Positions 49,091-61,402 of a stretch of DNA of 64,000 bases are shown here, piece by piece. Below the pieces are notes generated by a model. It ran no database searches and was not told the DNA's origin. It saw only the letters and a list, made by a program, of their open reading frames with translations. The position numbers and the translations under genes are program-made. The DNA comes from Takakia lepidozioides. Lineage: Eukaryota; Plantae; Bryophyta. The DNA lies in assembly GCA_030704615.1 (NCBI GenBank), contig CM060732.1, forward strand, positions 5,518,001 through 5,582,000. Direction: 5' to 3'. How positions within the stretch are numbered: position 1 is the stretch's first letter; every line of letters begins with the position of its first letter.

Positions 49091-49869
49091 CATTTAATGC
49101 CAAAATTGCCCCAAAAATAGTACCTTCATTCTCTCTTTCTCTGTTTTTTTCACTTCTTCTTTTCCTGCCATCTTTTAGTATGAGATCCATGGGAGACTCA
49201 ATTGTCCTCATAGAAGTATTCCCTTATGAGGATAAGATATTTCAGTGAGAGCAAAAAGGATATGAGGAAATACAACTCATTGTCTTCCTTGGGGAGAGAA
49301 TCAGCTTGCGATGGCTCGTAGACGTACTCACACATGCATAAAACTATTCATCCAGATATTTCTTTCATTCATAGGTATGGATGAAATATTCCCATTACAC
49401 CTGTCTTGATCTAATTCGAAACTTAATCGCAAGTATTGATGCTAAGCATCAAAACCCTTTGCGTATTCCTGCCTTAGAAAGGTAGGGCCAATACAACCAT
49501 GATGAAAACATGATGATGAACTGGATGGCTGGGTATTATACCCCTCTGACTCCACCAAAAACTACTGACCACTTCATCCGTCGTGATTACTTTCCATCCT
49601 CCAACATGCTTTCCCAAAAATCTATCTTCCCTCCTTAGATCCTGCTCCACATCATCACCTGTACCCTGGGTGTCGCCGACTCAATGAAAGTATCATCTAC
49701 TTCCGGGCGCTCATCTATTCCTTAGGCTTATTTCATCCAAGCAGGTTACGGTCATTTCATCCCTTGTCTTGCAAACTTACCGACATCCTACCGAAATGTT
49801 TGTCACTTGCTTTTATGCTACAGTCTCTTCAAGACTCGATTGCTTGAAGCCCAATTGAGAGCAGCCTTT

Positions 49870-50145
49870 ACTACTGCCTTGCCTTGCCGAGGCCTGTTTC
49901 GAGAAACAAAGGGCTACCACCTTCTATTGGGAAGGTGGACACCTTATGGGAATAACTCGGGCAACTGGGAACCTCCCACTGAAAGTCCCCAAGTATCCAA
50001 TCACCCATTAAATAACGGGTTGATCTAGGATCCCTTTCTATAGGCGGGTTGGCTATAGTGGGTGACATCCAATATACACCTATGTGGATTTGAACTCAGG
50101 ACCACTTGTTCAGCAGCCTCAAGTGGGTAATGCCAATCTAATCAT
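49870..50145 (-). mobile_element. Possible tRNA-derived SINE remnant
   Basis: B-box-like GAGTTCAAATCC on the minus strand near 50086-50097; A box, tail and TSD not clear. Confidence 0.25.
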
Positions 50146-50633
50146 CAACAATAACATATGAATGAACTGCAAACAATGGAAGACTCGTGGCTACTCACAA
50201 CTCCAACATTCAACCACTGCAGAACAGTCTTGAGATTCCTCGAGCAATGCAAACCTCCGATAGCAAGACTTGTAGTTGAATGGACAAATCTTGATAAATT
50301 GTGCAAGTAAATGCAGGGCAAAGTACAAGGTGGTGTGTGGTTTCTCATTGTATTTTCCCTCGAGACTTTCACAGCTTTAGGCATGATTGATGCATATCTC
50401 TTGACGCAACTCCTTTCATGTCTTCCTAACTGAGTCTACGAGATGATCTCCAACAAGGTTTTGATTCTAGGAAAATTCACACCTCCCCATTTTCTTCACA
50501 TCACCAATGCAGACTTCCATGCGTTTTGAAACTGAACGCATGGAAAGAAGGTAACTGAATGCGTCATCACCCCTTGACAAGCGCAGGTGAGGATGAGCAC
50601 AAAAAGAGGCCACAAATCAGGTCAAAGTCTGCT

Positions 50634-53499
50634 TTACTCAGCAGAAAGCAACCGCCGCTTGTAGCGAACCATGACCTTGCCTTTCACACCAACCACCATG
50701 GCATTCCAGTCAATGTCTGGGAAGGGTGATATCAGCTCCATCTCAAATTTGCGGAGCAAAATACTCCAGATTGTCTTGACCTGCCTCAGTCCAACAACCA
50801 TCCAAATCTTTAAAGAGTCCCAAACTATTACCACTTCAAGAGCTTCAGTATGACCCAGTGAGGCAAGCTCTCCAGAGAAAGCCCCCAGAGTCCGGGCTCT
50901 CAATTACTTGAATGAGTCTCCTGGGTGACTACATAAAGAATCTAGACTCCTAAACATGTAATTTATGCAAAAATGCAAATTTATGTCAGATATCAGAAGA
51001 TGGTCGAGTCACTTCCCATCCCCTTTCCGCCCCTTACCCTCATTTCCCCCTCCTCGACAAAGTGTTCCCAAGGCTAACCTGCATGTAAGCAAATGTCTCC
51101 CCCAGGCATCCGTGTCGGCCTCCACCAAAGGAGATGTAAGAAAAGGGCCCAGCCTTATTGTCTTCTTCCCTACCTGGTGCAAACCGGTCTGGGTCAAATT
51201 TGTCAGGATTCTTATACACATGGGGTAAACGATTGGCAAATGCCGGTGATGTGGCCACAATGTGGCCCTTGGGGATTGTGTATTCCTTCCCTTCCCGTGT
51301 CTTCACAGAAAAGTCGCTGTGGCAGTAACGGAGAAGCATGATCAAGGGCGGGTGCAGCCGTAGGGCCTCTTTCATCGATCGATGGAGAACGTCCATCTCT
51401 GATAACACATCGTAGTTAAGTTTGTTGCCATGGCGATGCATCACCTCTTTCTGCTCGTCCAAGGCTGGGGGCATGTACTGCTTGCAACTGAACACATAAT
51501 TTTCAAATCTGTGTCACATTATCCAGATCCTCCAAACAGGAACTCACCATCTATGAAGGGCAACACTATCTGTTACTTCTTGGTCCTAGCATCAAACATT
51601 CATATTCTGCCTTATTTGCCAACTGATCGGATAACATCTTAACTCGAATTTCGGATATCTTGACATCATTCCTCATCCACAGTCCGTATAGTCATATGAT
51701 GAGATTGATGAACACAGCTTTGCATATCAGATGATTCCCAAAGATTTAAGTCCCACCTGAGGAGGTAGGCTCCTGTCCAAGTGGAGGTGATGGAGCTGGT
51801 ATGCTGACCAGCGAAAAGGGCTGCAATCAACAAGCCTGTGCACTCGCCCTCTGTCGTATACCTCCCCAGAGATCGATACTTGGAATCGATGAAGGCTTGC
51901 AGCATGTCAGCTTCTATCTTCCCTGATGCTTTCCGGTTTCTTATGATGGTCCCAAAAACATCTGCGAGCTCCTTCCGTGCCCTGGCCAAGATTCAAAAGT
52001 TGTTGGATACTTTCTTGCAAAACTCCTTACTAGAATGGCTAACAATATGGCCCACTAGCTCAATTCAGCACCTTCCAGCATGCTCACTACTTACCCCTCC
52101 CCTTCATTTCAAACCCAGCACATAATCCTTATTCAGGAGTCCCTGATGAGAGCTTGGTCAATAGCACCTGCAGAGAAGCCCAGTAACCAGTAGCTAAAGA
52201 GCTTCCTCGTAATCAGGGCAGCACATATAACAGAGCAACGCCAGAAAAAACTCTGACTTACCATCCTCAGAAAGGATGGCCATTGTGAAATCGTGCCAGG
52301 ATTCTGATGCTTGTCCGTGCTTTGTCTCCCACATCTTTTATCAACCCTATATTGCTTGAAAGGCCATGACTCTCTATCCCACTTTCTCATCTCAGGAGAC
52401 CCCAAACAACAGCTGGGGCAGAAGCACCCTACCAGTGGATCAGTGAAATACCAACCTGTCCCGGCGCTTATGGGCAGGGATGGGGAGGTACGGAAACACA
52501 ACGCTGATTGGCAGCATGCCATTGTCGAGGTCATGAAACAAATTGCTGACATTTTCAAACAATTGGTTCCGTACTTCCTGACCGAGGAGACATCGACTGG
52601 CAGTAAGAATGATAAGATGCTCCAGCTCTGCCTTTAGATCGACTTCTCCCTCTTCACCCCAGTTTGTGAAGAACAGCTGCAATAAAACAACCCAGCCCAG
52701 AAGAAAACGCAAGACAGGGTCAAGCTTCAACACTGAGGTATGAGTCCCTCGCGCCAACTGAAGCACACAGTTATACACGTGTTTGCATCCAAGCAGCTTA
52801 CTGGGGCCAGAGTCTCTATCCAGTGTAGGAAGGCCAGACATAACTTGGCACCCAATGCTCCTTTAAATTAAAATCTAATACCAGTAGATAAGGGGGAGCA
52901 GACCTCAGCCTCCTCGACCATGAACTCCACATAACTCTTCAGGCGCTTCACTGTGAGAGCTTCAGTAAAGAAACGAAACTGCTCCATGCGAATTGAGTAA
53001 TCCACATCAAACACGACCCCTGGACCGAATGTAGGCACATTGAACTGATACACCTGCGGAACAAACGAAAACCAATCAGAATTCCACACATCAAATGGCT
53101 TTGATGACCAACGACCAAAGAAACCCGTATGCAGAAATTAAAGAAGCCACGCACTCGCACCTCTTTTTGGCTCAACTCTGCTTCCTGAGCCTTGAAGAAA
53201 TGTGTAGAAACCTCTGGTCCGATTAGAAATGTGATGTTGCGTGTAAGAACCTTCACGGTAAAAACACTTCCCAGCCGATCATACTCCTCCCGCAGCATCA
53301 GCATTGGCCCCTTTATGAACTTCCATAAACCCCCAATGATCGGGATTGTCGCCACAACAGGAGGCAGCAATTTCGACTGAGTCGGACGAAATAACACCAC
53401 CAGAGAGATCAAAATGGCCACTATCAACGACCCTCCCAGCAGCAATTGTTTCTGACCCACAAATACATCTTCCCCTGCCACACCCCCCTCTACCTCCAT
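50634..53499 (-). CDS. CYP51: Sterol (obtusifoliol) 14-alpha-demethylase, cytochrome P450 CYP51; exons 53499-53161, 53053-52904, 52676-52456, 51981-51757, 51487-51079, 50780-50634
   Basis: N-terminal TM anchor; YQFNVPTFGPGVVFD; I-helix LIAALFAGQHTSSIT; EALR; heme motif FGGGRHGCLG. Canonical GT-AG introns and no stops. Confidence 0.96.
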
Positions 53500-53804
53500 A
53501 GCTTCAACACTTCCTCCACTCCACACAGCGACCCTACTAAAAGACTCAGCTTGTGGAGAAGATGCTGTCAGGCTGTCCCTGCAAGCATTCTTGAAACCCA
53601 CATTCACCGCACCAACGCTACACAGTTACCACTGACCCACACCTTGGTTATCTATGGCGTCCCGTTTGCACCTGTGGCAGGACTGCACTTCTCACGTGTG
53701 AGGGGCGGGTGAGGAGTTCTGACGCGGGCCAAGTCCCCAAGTGTGGCCTGGATGCACTTAATCGACTTGGCAGATTTAACAGACTTTACAGACCCCTCAA
53801 TTCC

Positions 53805-53960
53805 CACTACAGCATTAACTCTTCCCTTTATGCTGATGACACTGCTCTCAATAGTTCTTCCTCTAATGTGGATAGGACTCTAGCTGCCCTTTCCTCCTTC
53901 TCTGACGCTTTTGGGCTAAGTATCAACTGGAGAAAGTCGAAAGGAATCAAATTGAAACTC
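53805..53960 (+). mobile_element. LINE (L1-type) reverse transcriptase fragment
   Basis: SLYADDTAL..LSSFSDAFGLSINWRKS. Confidence 0.75.
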
Positions 53961-56179
53961 AGGGACCCTGCTGGTGCTGCTCCATCTGAAAATTACCTAC
54001 TACTAGAATCAAAGTTAAGTCAATGTAGCCTCAAACCTTACAAAGAACAAAATTAAATATTCAGTAGAATGATGTTTAACTTGTGCATATTCAATGATGT
54101 ATGATTTAACGCAAATAGAGTGCACCCCTCCGCCCTCCCTTTACCTTTATTTTTACTCAAGGCAACCTTTCCACTTGCATCCATAGTCTGCTTGACACGT
54201 GTCTTTCAAAAATACCTCCAGCCTATGAGTAATTCTAAATAAAATGTAATTAGAGCCTTTAACCTCTACCCTATATTCGTTTAAATGCTCCCGCCTATAT
54301 TTCTCATACCCTATATTACTCTTAAAAATGTTCTAATGTTTACTTGTAGAGAATTTATGGCACCCTATATTTTTTTGCACGTTCGGTGGTAATTTTTGGA
54401 AGTGGATCCCCCTAGTAAAAAACCCAAGATAAGGTTCAAAAGATACGCCATGGCGTAGTAGATTGTTTTGCGGTGATCTGGAGTGCCATACGAGAGGTTA
54501 GGAGCTCTCAAAGGGGAAGAAAGCATACTAAAGGGAGAGATGGCAGGAGAGCTCGCCGCCGGCGAGTTAGTCGTGGGAAGAATAGCGGCACCGGAGGGCA
54601 AAAAAGACAAGAAAACTATAATAATGGCGGAACCCTAGTAGGATAGTCATGGCTAAAATCGTAGCTAGATCACAAAGAGTAGTGGGGGGGGGGGGGGGGC
54701 TCCGTGATGTAGTACCTTCTACAAGTTCATTGGTGAAACATAACACCAAAGAAAATGACTTAGTGCCTCCACTGCCTCCAGTTTAGGGTTCAAATAATGT
54801 TGACTCTGCTGCCACGGACTCCTCTAAAATAGCCATGTTGGTTGTCTCACGAAATGTGTGCTTTGAAGCACGCAATTGTGGAGACAACAAACACCCAGGC
54901 AAAAGAGAGTTTTTTCAAAAGAAACCACATCAACTTCCAACTTGAGAGTTTTTTCAATGAAAGAATGCATGAGCTGAGCCCTTCATAGCTACACTCAACC
55001 TGTGAACAGTGAACATACTACATAGAATCAAACAAAGCCAAAAAATATATATTTCACAAACATGACCTCGATACCTTCCCTCCGTGTGGTTGGCTTTTTC
55101 AAGTGTGTACCAGGGATAATGGCCCAGCAGACGCACGTTTTTCAATTGGAACCATTCATGGCCTACCAGAACCATTCACCCTAAATAACAATAATAATAA
55201 AAACGGGATATAAAGCATTTGGGTTGCCGGAGAAAATGTGTGCATTGACGCACTCACTTTTTCCAACCCATATATATATATATATATATATATTAAAAAT
55301 GGACTGAAAAAAAGGTATGCGTCATCGCACGCATTTTTTCTAACAACCCAAACGCTATATCGTCTCTGTATCGTCTCAGTCAGACTTATGACCACTATCT
55401 CTACAATTTATCCCCACCTCTCCCCCCCCCCACCAGAAGAATCTCTCCCCCCTCAAACTGCCCACCCCTTATGCCCCCCCTCTCTACTTTTACATATTGC
55501 TATTGGCTCATCACTAACCCAGCTCTGCCTCTCTGTGTTGCAGCAAAAGCCCAAGAAGTACCAGGCCCCCACGAAGTTGACAGGCTCCGGGAAGTTACCT
55601 CCCAGCCTCACATCCAACCGCCATGCCCACGAACCAACAACAGACTTCATGATAGACTGCTCTGGTTGGATCAGTCTACTGTACATTGGACAATGCAGTA
55701 ATTTAGCTCATAGCCACTGCTGTCTTCCCAAAAAGTACTATCCTTATTCTCCTCCCCTCCCTGCTAATCCATACACTATGTGCTATATCAATATTTGTAG
55801 GTATACATATATTCTTAAGGAGTCTTTAGTTTGTAGAATTCACTGCTCCCATGACCCAAACAAGAAGCAGGCTGTATGCCCCATACCAATGTTAATTTTG
55901 TACTCTGCCATGATACACCATACTACATCCCCTCATATGATTGCCACACACAACGACCCCAGGGCTGGGCTCTTACTCATGATTCCCCTAGAAAGCTTAT
56001 ACACCACAACAATTTCTTACACACTATTTGGATCTCACTGGTTATCATGGGGCACTTCCCCCCTTCGGCACCATTACTCTTATCACCAACCACCAAGGGA
56101 TTACCCCCACGTGGCTATACGGATAATACACCACACTGACCCTTTCCGCAGGGGGTGCAAGAAACCAGAGCTATAAACT

Positions 56180-57135
56180 TTGAACTTCCAGCCATGAAGT
56201 AAAGCTCCAGAGCGGTATAGCGCGAAGAAAGCGAACTTGAAGCCCCCAACTTCACAGCCAAGCCAAACAAGAAGACACCTTCTATTAGCAGGGAACGAGG
56301 TTAGGGAAATACAGGACTCATGAATGTCTCCGGTGATGGACTCCCACCCTACCCTGACTCTTCTAGCGGAGAGGGTGGCTGCTACCACAGAATGGAGAGG
56401 AGGAAGCCATTTTCCCACACGTGCCGGAAATTGGAAACCCCTACAACTTCCCAATGTGCCCATCTGGGGGAGCACTTAACCAGCAGCTCAGAGCCTCGAT
56501 TAAAGTTACCAAACAAAGGCGGTCTAAGAGCCTCTTCCGGAAAGCTCGGCGATTTTTGGGAAAGAAGATCATGGACAGAGAACCAGGAATGCCAAATAGA
56601 TTGTTAGGCCCCTGAACCAGAGGTCATTACCGAATTGGAAGAACCTCCTTGAACACTGAGAGATGGGGCCCAAACCGAGATAGGGGACGGACGAGCTTGG
56701 AGAATATGGTGTCTGACAATCAAACTCCAAGGAGAAGTGAAATGAGAAAAAATCCTTGGGACCCATTTCGCAAGAAGAGCACCGATCTGCGATTGTGGAT
56801 CTATAATGCCCAGACCCCCATTACATTTCTTTTGAGTGAGTTGCTTCCAGCTCACAAGGGCTCTGCGAGATTGACTAGTCAAGGAGGCGCCCGAGATAAA
56901 GTTTCTAACAAGAGCCTTCACTCTCTTGATAATTGTCGCACCCGGAGACCAAACTGAGGAAAAAAAACCAGCACGAGGCCAGAAGCACTTGATTCACAAT
57001 AAGGGCTTTACCCCCAATAGATAGGTGAATAGAGCTCCAATATGAGAGTTTTTTTTTGAGGTTAGTCAAGACAACATCTGCCCTTTGTGAATCAGTAAGG
57101 TCGTGTCCCACCAGATGGCCCAAGAGGACATGTGT
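56180..57135 (-). mobile_element. LINE (L1-type) ORF2 fragment downstream of the RT core
   Basis: LLGHLVG..KKLSYWSSIHLSIGGKALIVNQVL..; LVSWKQLTQKKCNGGLGI..ALLAKW; frameshifted. Confidence 0.82.
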
Positions 57136-57991
57136 CTGTCCATCTTGCAGCCAGGAAAGGCTGAAGTTGTCACCCCAAGGCTGGCAATGATATCTCAAAT
57201 TTCAAATTGCGAAATTCATTGTGAAATCAACTTCAAGTCAACATTGAATCAAACCCTTCCGTGTTGTCTATACATTCAATGTAAAATCAATGCCAAATCC
57301 ACGGATTTTGATCCAATATTGATTGCACATACAAACGTTGGTAGTTGTACGAACGCATTAACGGCATTGAGGCTTGAGAAGTCGATTAGATGGATATGCA
57401 ACATGAGTTCTCATTTGTTGCATACAAATACTAACATCAATTCATAGATACTTTTGTTCTTATCAAATAAGAATTATATGACAGTAATTTACTGAATCGT
57501 TATTTAAAAAAATTGTTGTTTTGATTAAAGTTCAATATGAAGCCAATGGTTTAGTCATCTTTACCCAATTCAAATGGAAAATTATCAAATCAAATATTCT
57601 GCATGTAGACAATGTAGAGTCCTAGAAATAGAGGTATTATTTAACTTATGTAGTCTTGATTTGTCAATTTCGTATTTCTTATTTATCTATTCAAACTTTC
57701 AGATTTTATTATTTTTTCTTATTAGGGGAATTGTTTTACATCTTGCAGTATATATAAATGCAAATATCACTGTATAATATATTACTACTACTAATCTCCA
57801 ATAGGGTGGATTGAGTCAGATAACATTCTTGAAGACGTGCTTTTTATATAAAACAGAAAAAAATGTACAACGAAGGCCCACATGGCATAGAAGATCTCCA
57901 GAACTCTTTGATTTTCTAACAACTAATTTATATAACTATTTTAGACATTTCTCACTCACAGGCACTCTCCACTTGTTCAACATTGTATTTT

Positions 57992-60025
57992 CTAACTTCT
58001 TCCTCTTACACCGATCCGGGCAAGGAACTGCTGTTTCACACGTCCCTCCAATGTAAGCCGAGTAGAGTCGTCAATATCATGGGCGTCACTTCCCACATTG
58101 AGACCAAGCAAAAGTTCCCCAGCACCAAACACAGATTTGACAGGGCTGGGGCCCTCTCCAAGTTTAATGTCTTCTGGCAAAGAAGGGGCAACTTCCAAGA
58201 GAGGTTTGAAAGAGCGGTAGGTGCCAGCCCCTATCAGGGGTACTGGCACTAAACCCTCTTCTGTGATAGCTAAATTTTGATCAGGACTCTTGGCAAGTTC
58301 CAGTAGAGCACAGCGGGCCTCCTGACGAGTTACCTTGGACATTCCTTTGTCCTTCAAAAGTAGCTTGGCCTGCGAGCCAATCAAGCTTTAGAAGGGTACA
58401 GGAAAGTACAGGAAAAAATAATAAATAGCATGCAATTCACCAGGATCAGCCTAGAACAAGGAGACTGTACCTAGGGATTGCATCCCAAACAACATAGAAT
58501 GATGGTCATTTGGGCAGGGTGGGTAGAGAAAGAGAGAGCTCCATAAGAATCCAAGGTATTGGAGGCTTCAGGTGACTGTGCTATAAGTCTTCAGGGAACA
58601 TGGCAAATATTGCAAAGCTGTCATGCTTTTTGGTGTAGGCTTTCCGTGCTGATTGCTGGGTTCCACCATTTCGTACAAAGATTCAAAAGAGGTCTTTAAC
58701 AATGGGTTACTTCAACTGGACCAAACATGTGATAGATGCATTCCAACTTTCTAGGATTTCTAGTAGTTGTCAAGAGGAAGTGCCAGCAGCCACAGGCCAA
58801 AAGTTCCACGTCATTTTACTCGGATTGCTGTGGATTCGATGTGCTTCACCATACAGGTGGTTTAATTCTTTTGAAACTGTGAGCAGTTTGGCATGGAACA
58901 GGCCTTTTAAATCCTTCCAAGTTTTTCAAAATCAGACCAGTTGCTGTGAAGGGCTTGCACCAAATGGTGAACTGGAATTGTAGTGCTATTCACTTGGGAT
59001 GTGCTCAACTTGGAAGGAAAAATTTCAGCACGTCTACCCAGTTGGCATCGAGTGACTCAAAACACCTCAAAAAGGGATTTTTTGGCCTTCTTGATGCTTT
59101 GCCAGGAAATTTATTGTTTGCCTTGCAAACTCCAATGCAAGAAAGTTAAGATTGAGTGTTCGTGCATGAGAAATGAAGAACAGGGACACTTATATTAACT
59201 CACCTCGGGAGAAACTATGCAGCGAGTGAGTAAACCTGCTATTTCTTCCACTGCCCCAGCGTCAACCACCAAAGACCTGTCAGTCAGAACAGTTTCTCAC
59301 ACCAATGAAAGGGGAGAGAATAAGGAGAAAATTTATAACATTCACAGGAAGCCCGGTCAGCACATGGGCAAGGTTGGTTTCATGAAACAATCCAGAAAAG
59401 CAGTGAGAGAAACCAAGAACAAAGTGGTTGCCATACAGGGTAGACAGATGATGTCCCTCTCAGATGCTAACCCTATCAGAGCCAATTGTTGAGTCTCTCA
59501 TCCACCATGACAGGAAACTCAGTTCGAGATTTGCTATGGTGGATGTGCAAAACTGACGACACGTCGGTTAACAGCTTGATCGGGTGGTAATTTAAGAGCC
59601 AGCTCATGCACAGAGAGGAAAGACACAAATCCTGATCAGATCTATAATGTAAACACCGGAAAGACATGACAGAATGGTATATACCTGTACTGACTGTGGA
59701 GATGTTGCGTAGAAGATCACAGGCTGCCTCAGCTGTCTCTAACCTATCGGATGGAAGTAGGGACACGACGAGATTTAAGCATCCTGGGAATGCAACAATC
59801 TCATCTATGCTTTCCTTCCCACCCTTTGAGTGCCGCCACAATGCCAGCACGGCCTCCTCTCTATCCTGGACTGGGTTATCTAACCCTAGCAATCATACAA
59901 ATATTCCAACATACCCTTCCTGAACTTGAAGACCAGCTTTGTATTGGGGATTTAGGCCATGGTCTATCTGGTCACCCCCATATTCCCTAGCAGCTTGAGG
60001 TTCACCTTCAGCATTGAGACCCTGC
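57992..60025 (-). pseudogene. Plant ARM-repeat protein gene fragments (probable pseudogene)
   Basis: GYVGIFV*MLGLDNPVQDREEAVLALWRHS..LLRNIS with an in-frame TGA at 59893-59895; short exon LVVDAGAVEEIAGLL (~59205-59276); IT EEGLVPVPLIGA..FGAGELLLGL..QQFLARIG. Confidence 0.65.
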
Positions 60026-61402
60026 ATTGCAATTTGTAAGTTCCATCCTATGCAGAGCACATAGATTTCTATGTCAGCTGTGCAGCTTGCCAGGCCTCTT
60101 GGGAAATTACCACACTCCACATTCAGTGGTACTTTACTAAGTCCAGCGCACTGAATGTTGAGAATTCTCTCCTCTACCAAATTCAGGTTGCTTGCTACTA
60201 ATTCCATACCACTTAATCACGGTGCAAAGAGTTCTATCACAGGCAGGATGTCAATACCTTTAGGGAAAAAATGTCTGATTTTTCATAAAACCTGCTATCT
60301 TATGCTCAGAAGCAATTTAGAGCAAAACCAATTAGAGGCTGCTCTTGAATGTAAAACTCGTGGTTATATACTGTAATAAATGCGTGAGTCCCATGGAATG
60401 CAGCAGTAAGATTAACAAGAAAGGTTCCAATCCAACTACAATATCTCCCCTAGCCAGCCATGCACACAGTGAACAACAATCCACTTATAAAGCTTGAATA
60501 CTTGATGAAACAAGAAATAGCACAATCTTCGTACTAGAAAGCACCTTGTTGGTTCGAGCACCGGTACAGGTTACTGCTAACTCGATAAAGATACGTTCCA
60601 GTGCCAGTCACGCTGGGAAGCGACAAGGGCTCCTCTAAACATTTACCTATTTGAAAGAGACAGAAATTCCATGAGGAAAGGAGGTGAGCAAGCTAGTTGC
60701 CCGGAGGTTTACCAAATACTGCAGAATTTCCTCTCTGTTGCAGGGGGCAATGAATGCCACGAAGTATCATTCACTTCGTCCTCACCCTCCTTCCGGCCAT
60801 GAAGAGCATTGGCACATACATTTTGAGTACATTTTGAGTCCATAACTCTAGAGCGATTTGTTGCTTGACTAATTTGTGCAAGATGCAGCTCATCTCCAAT
60901 AAATTTACATAAGCCCCAATACCAGAAACAAAACAGCTAATGCTCACATACCCCTGTTTAAGCCATGCATACATTTCAGACCCATTTTTCCAATGTATTG
61001 AGTACAGTATACAGTAATTTGGGTTAATTTAGAGGTGCTAGAACCAGTCAAGTGAGCAAGCAGAAAAAAATGAAAATTTTCTTACATCACACCAAGTTTA
61101 TCAAGTGCCATGGCAGCAGCTTCTGTAGTAGCCTCATCTCCAAACCCCTACTCAAGCCCTGAAACCAGGATTTAGTGCAATAAATATCCTACCCTAAATG
61201 CCACAGCAGGTGCAATGTATGGAATAGAAAAGTTGCAGCAGTTGGTTGCGGCGAAAGACTGCTTGTAGCAACCCAACCGCCTTCTAGTCAATCTTTCAGA
61301 AGTGGGCCAAGATTTCAAAGAATTGTTCATGGTACAACATTGTTCAAAAGTATTGTACATTGTTCATTGTACAATACAGTTTCATTCTTTTCAACTACAA
61401 AA

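Noticed and set aside
49140-49870. Degraded retrotransposon accessory ORF
   Set aside because: Only a faint resemblance across multiple stops; not enough to call.
55238-56176. 312-aa plus-strand ORF
   Set aside because: It spans a TA microsatellite and C runs, has low-complexity composition and shows no recognisable domain.
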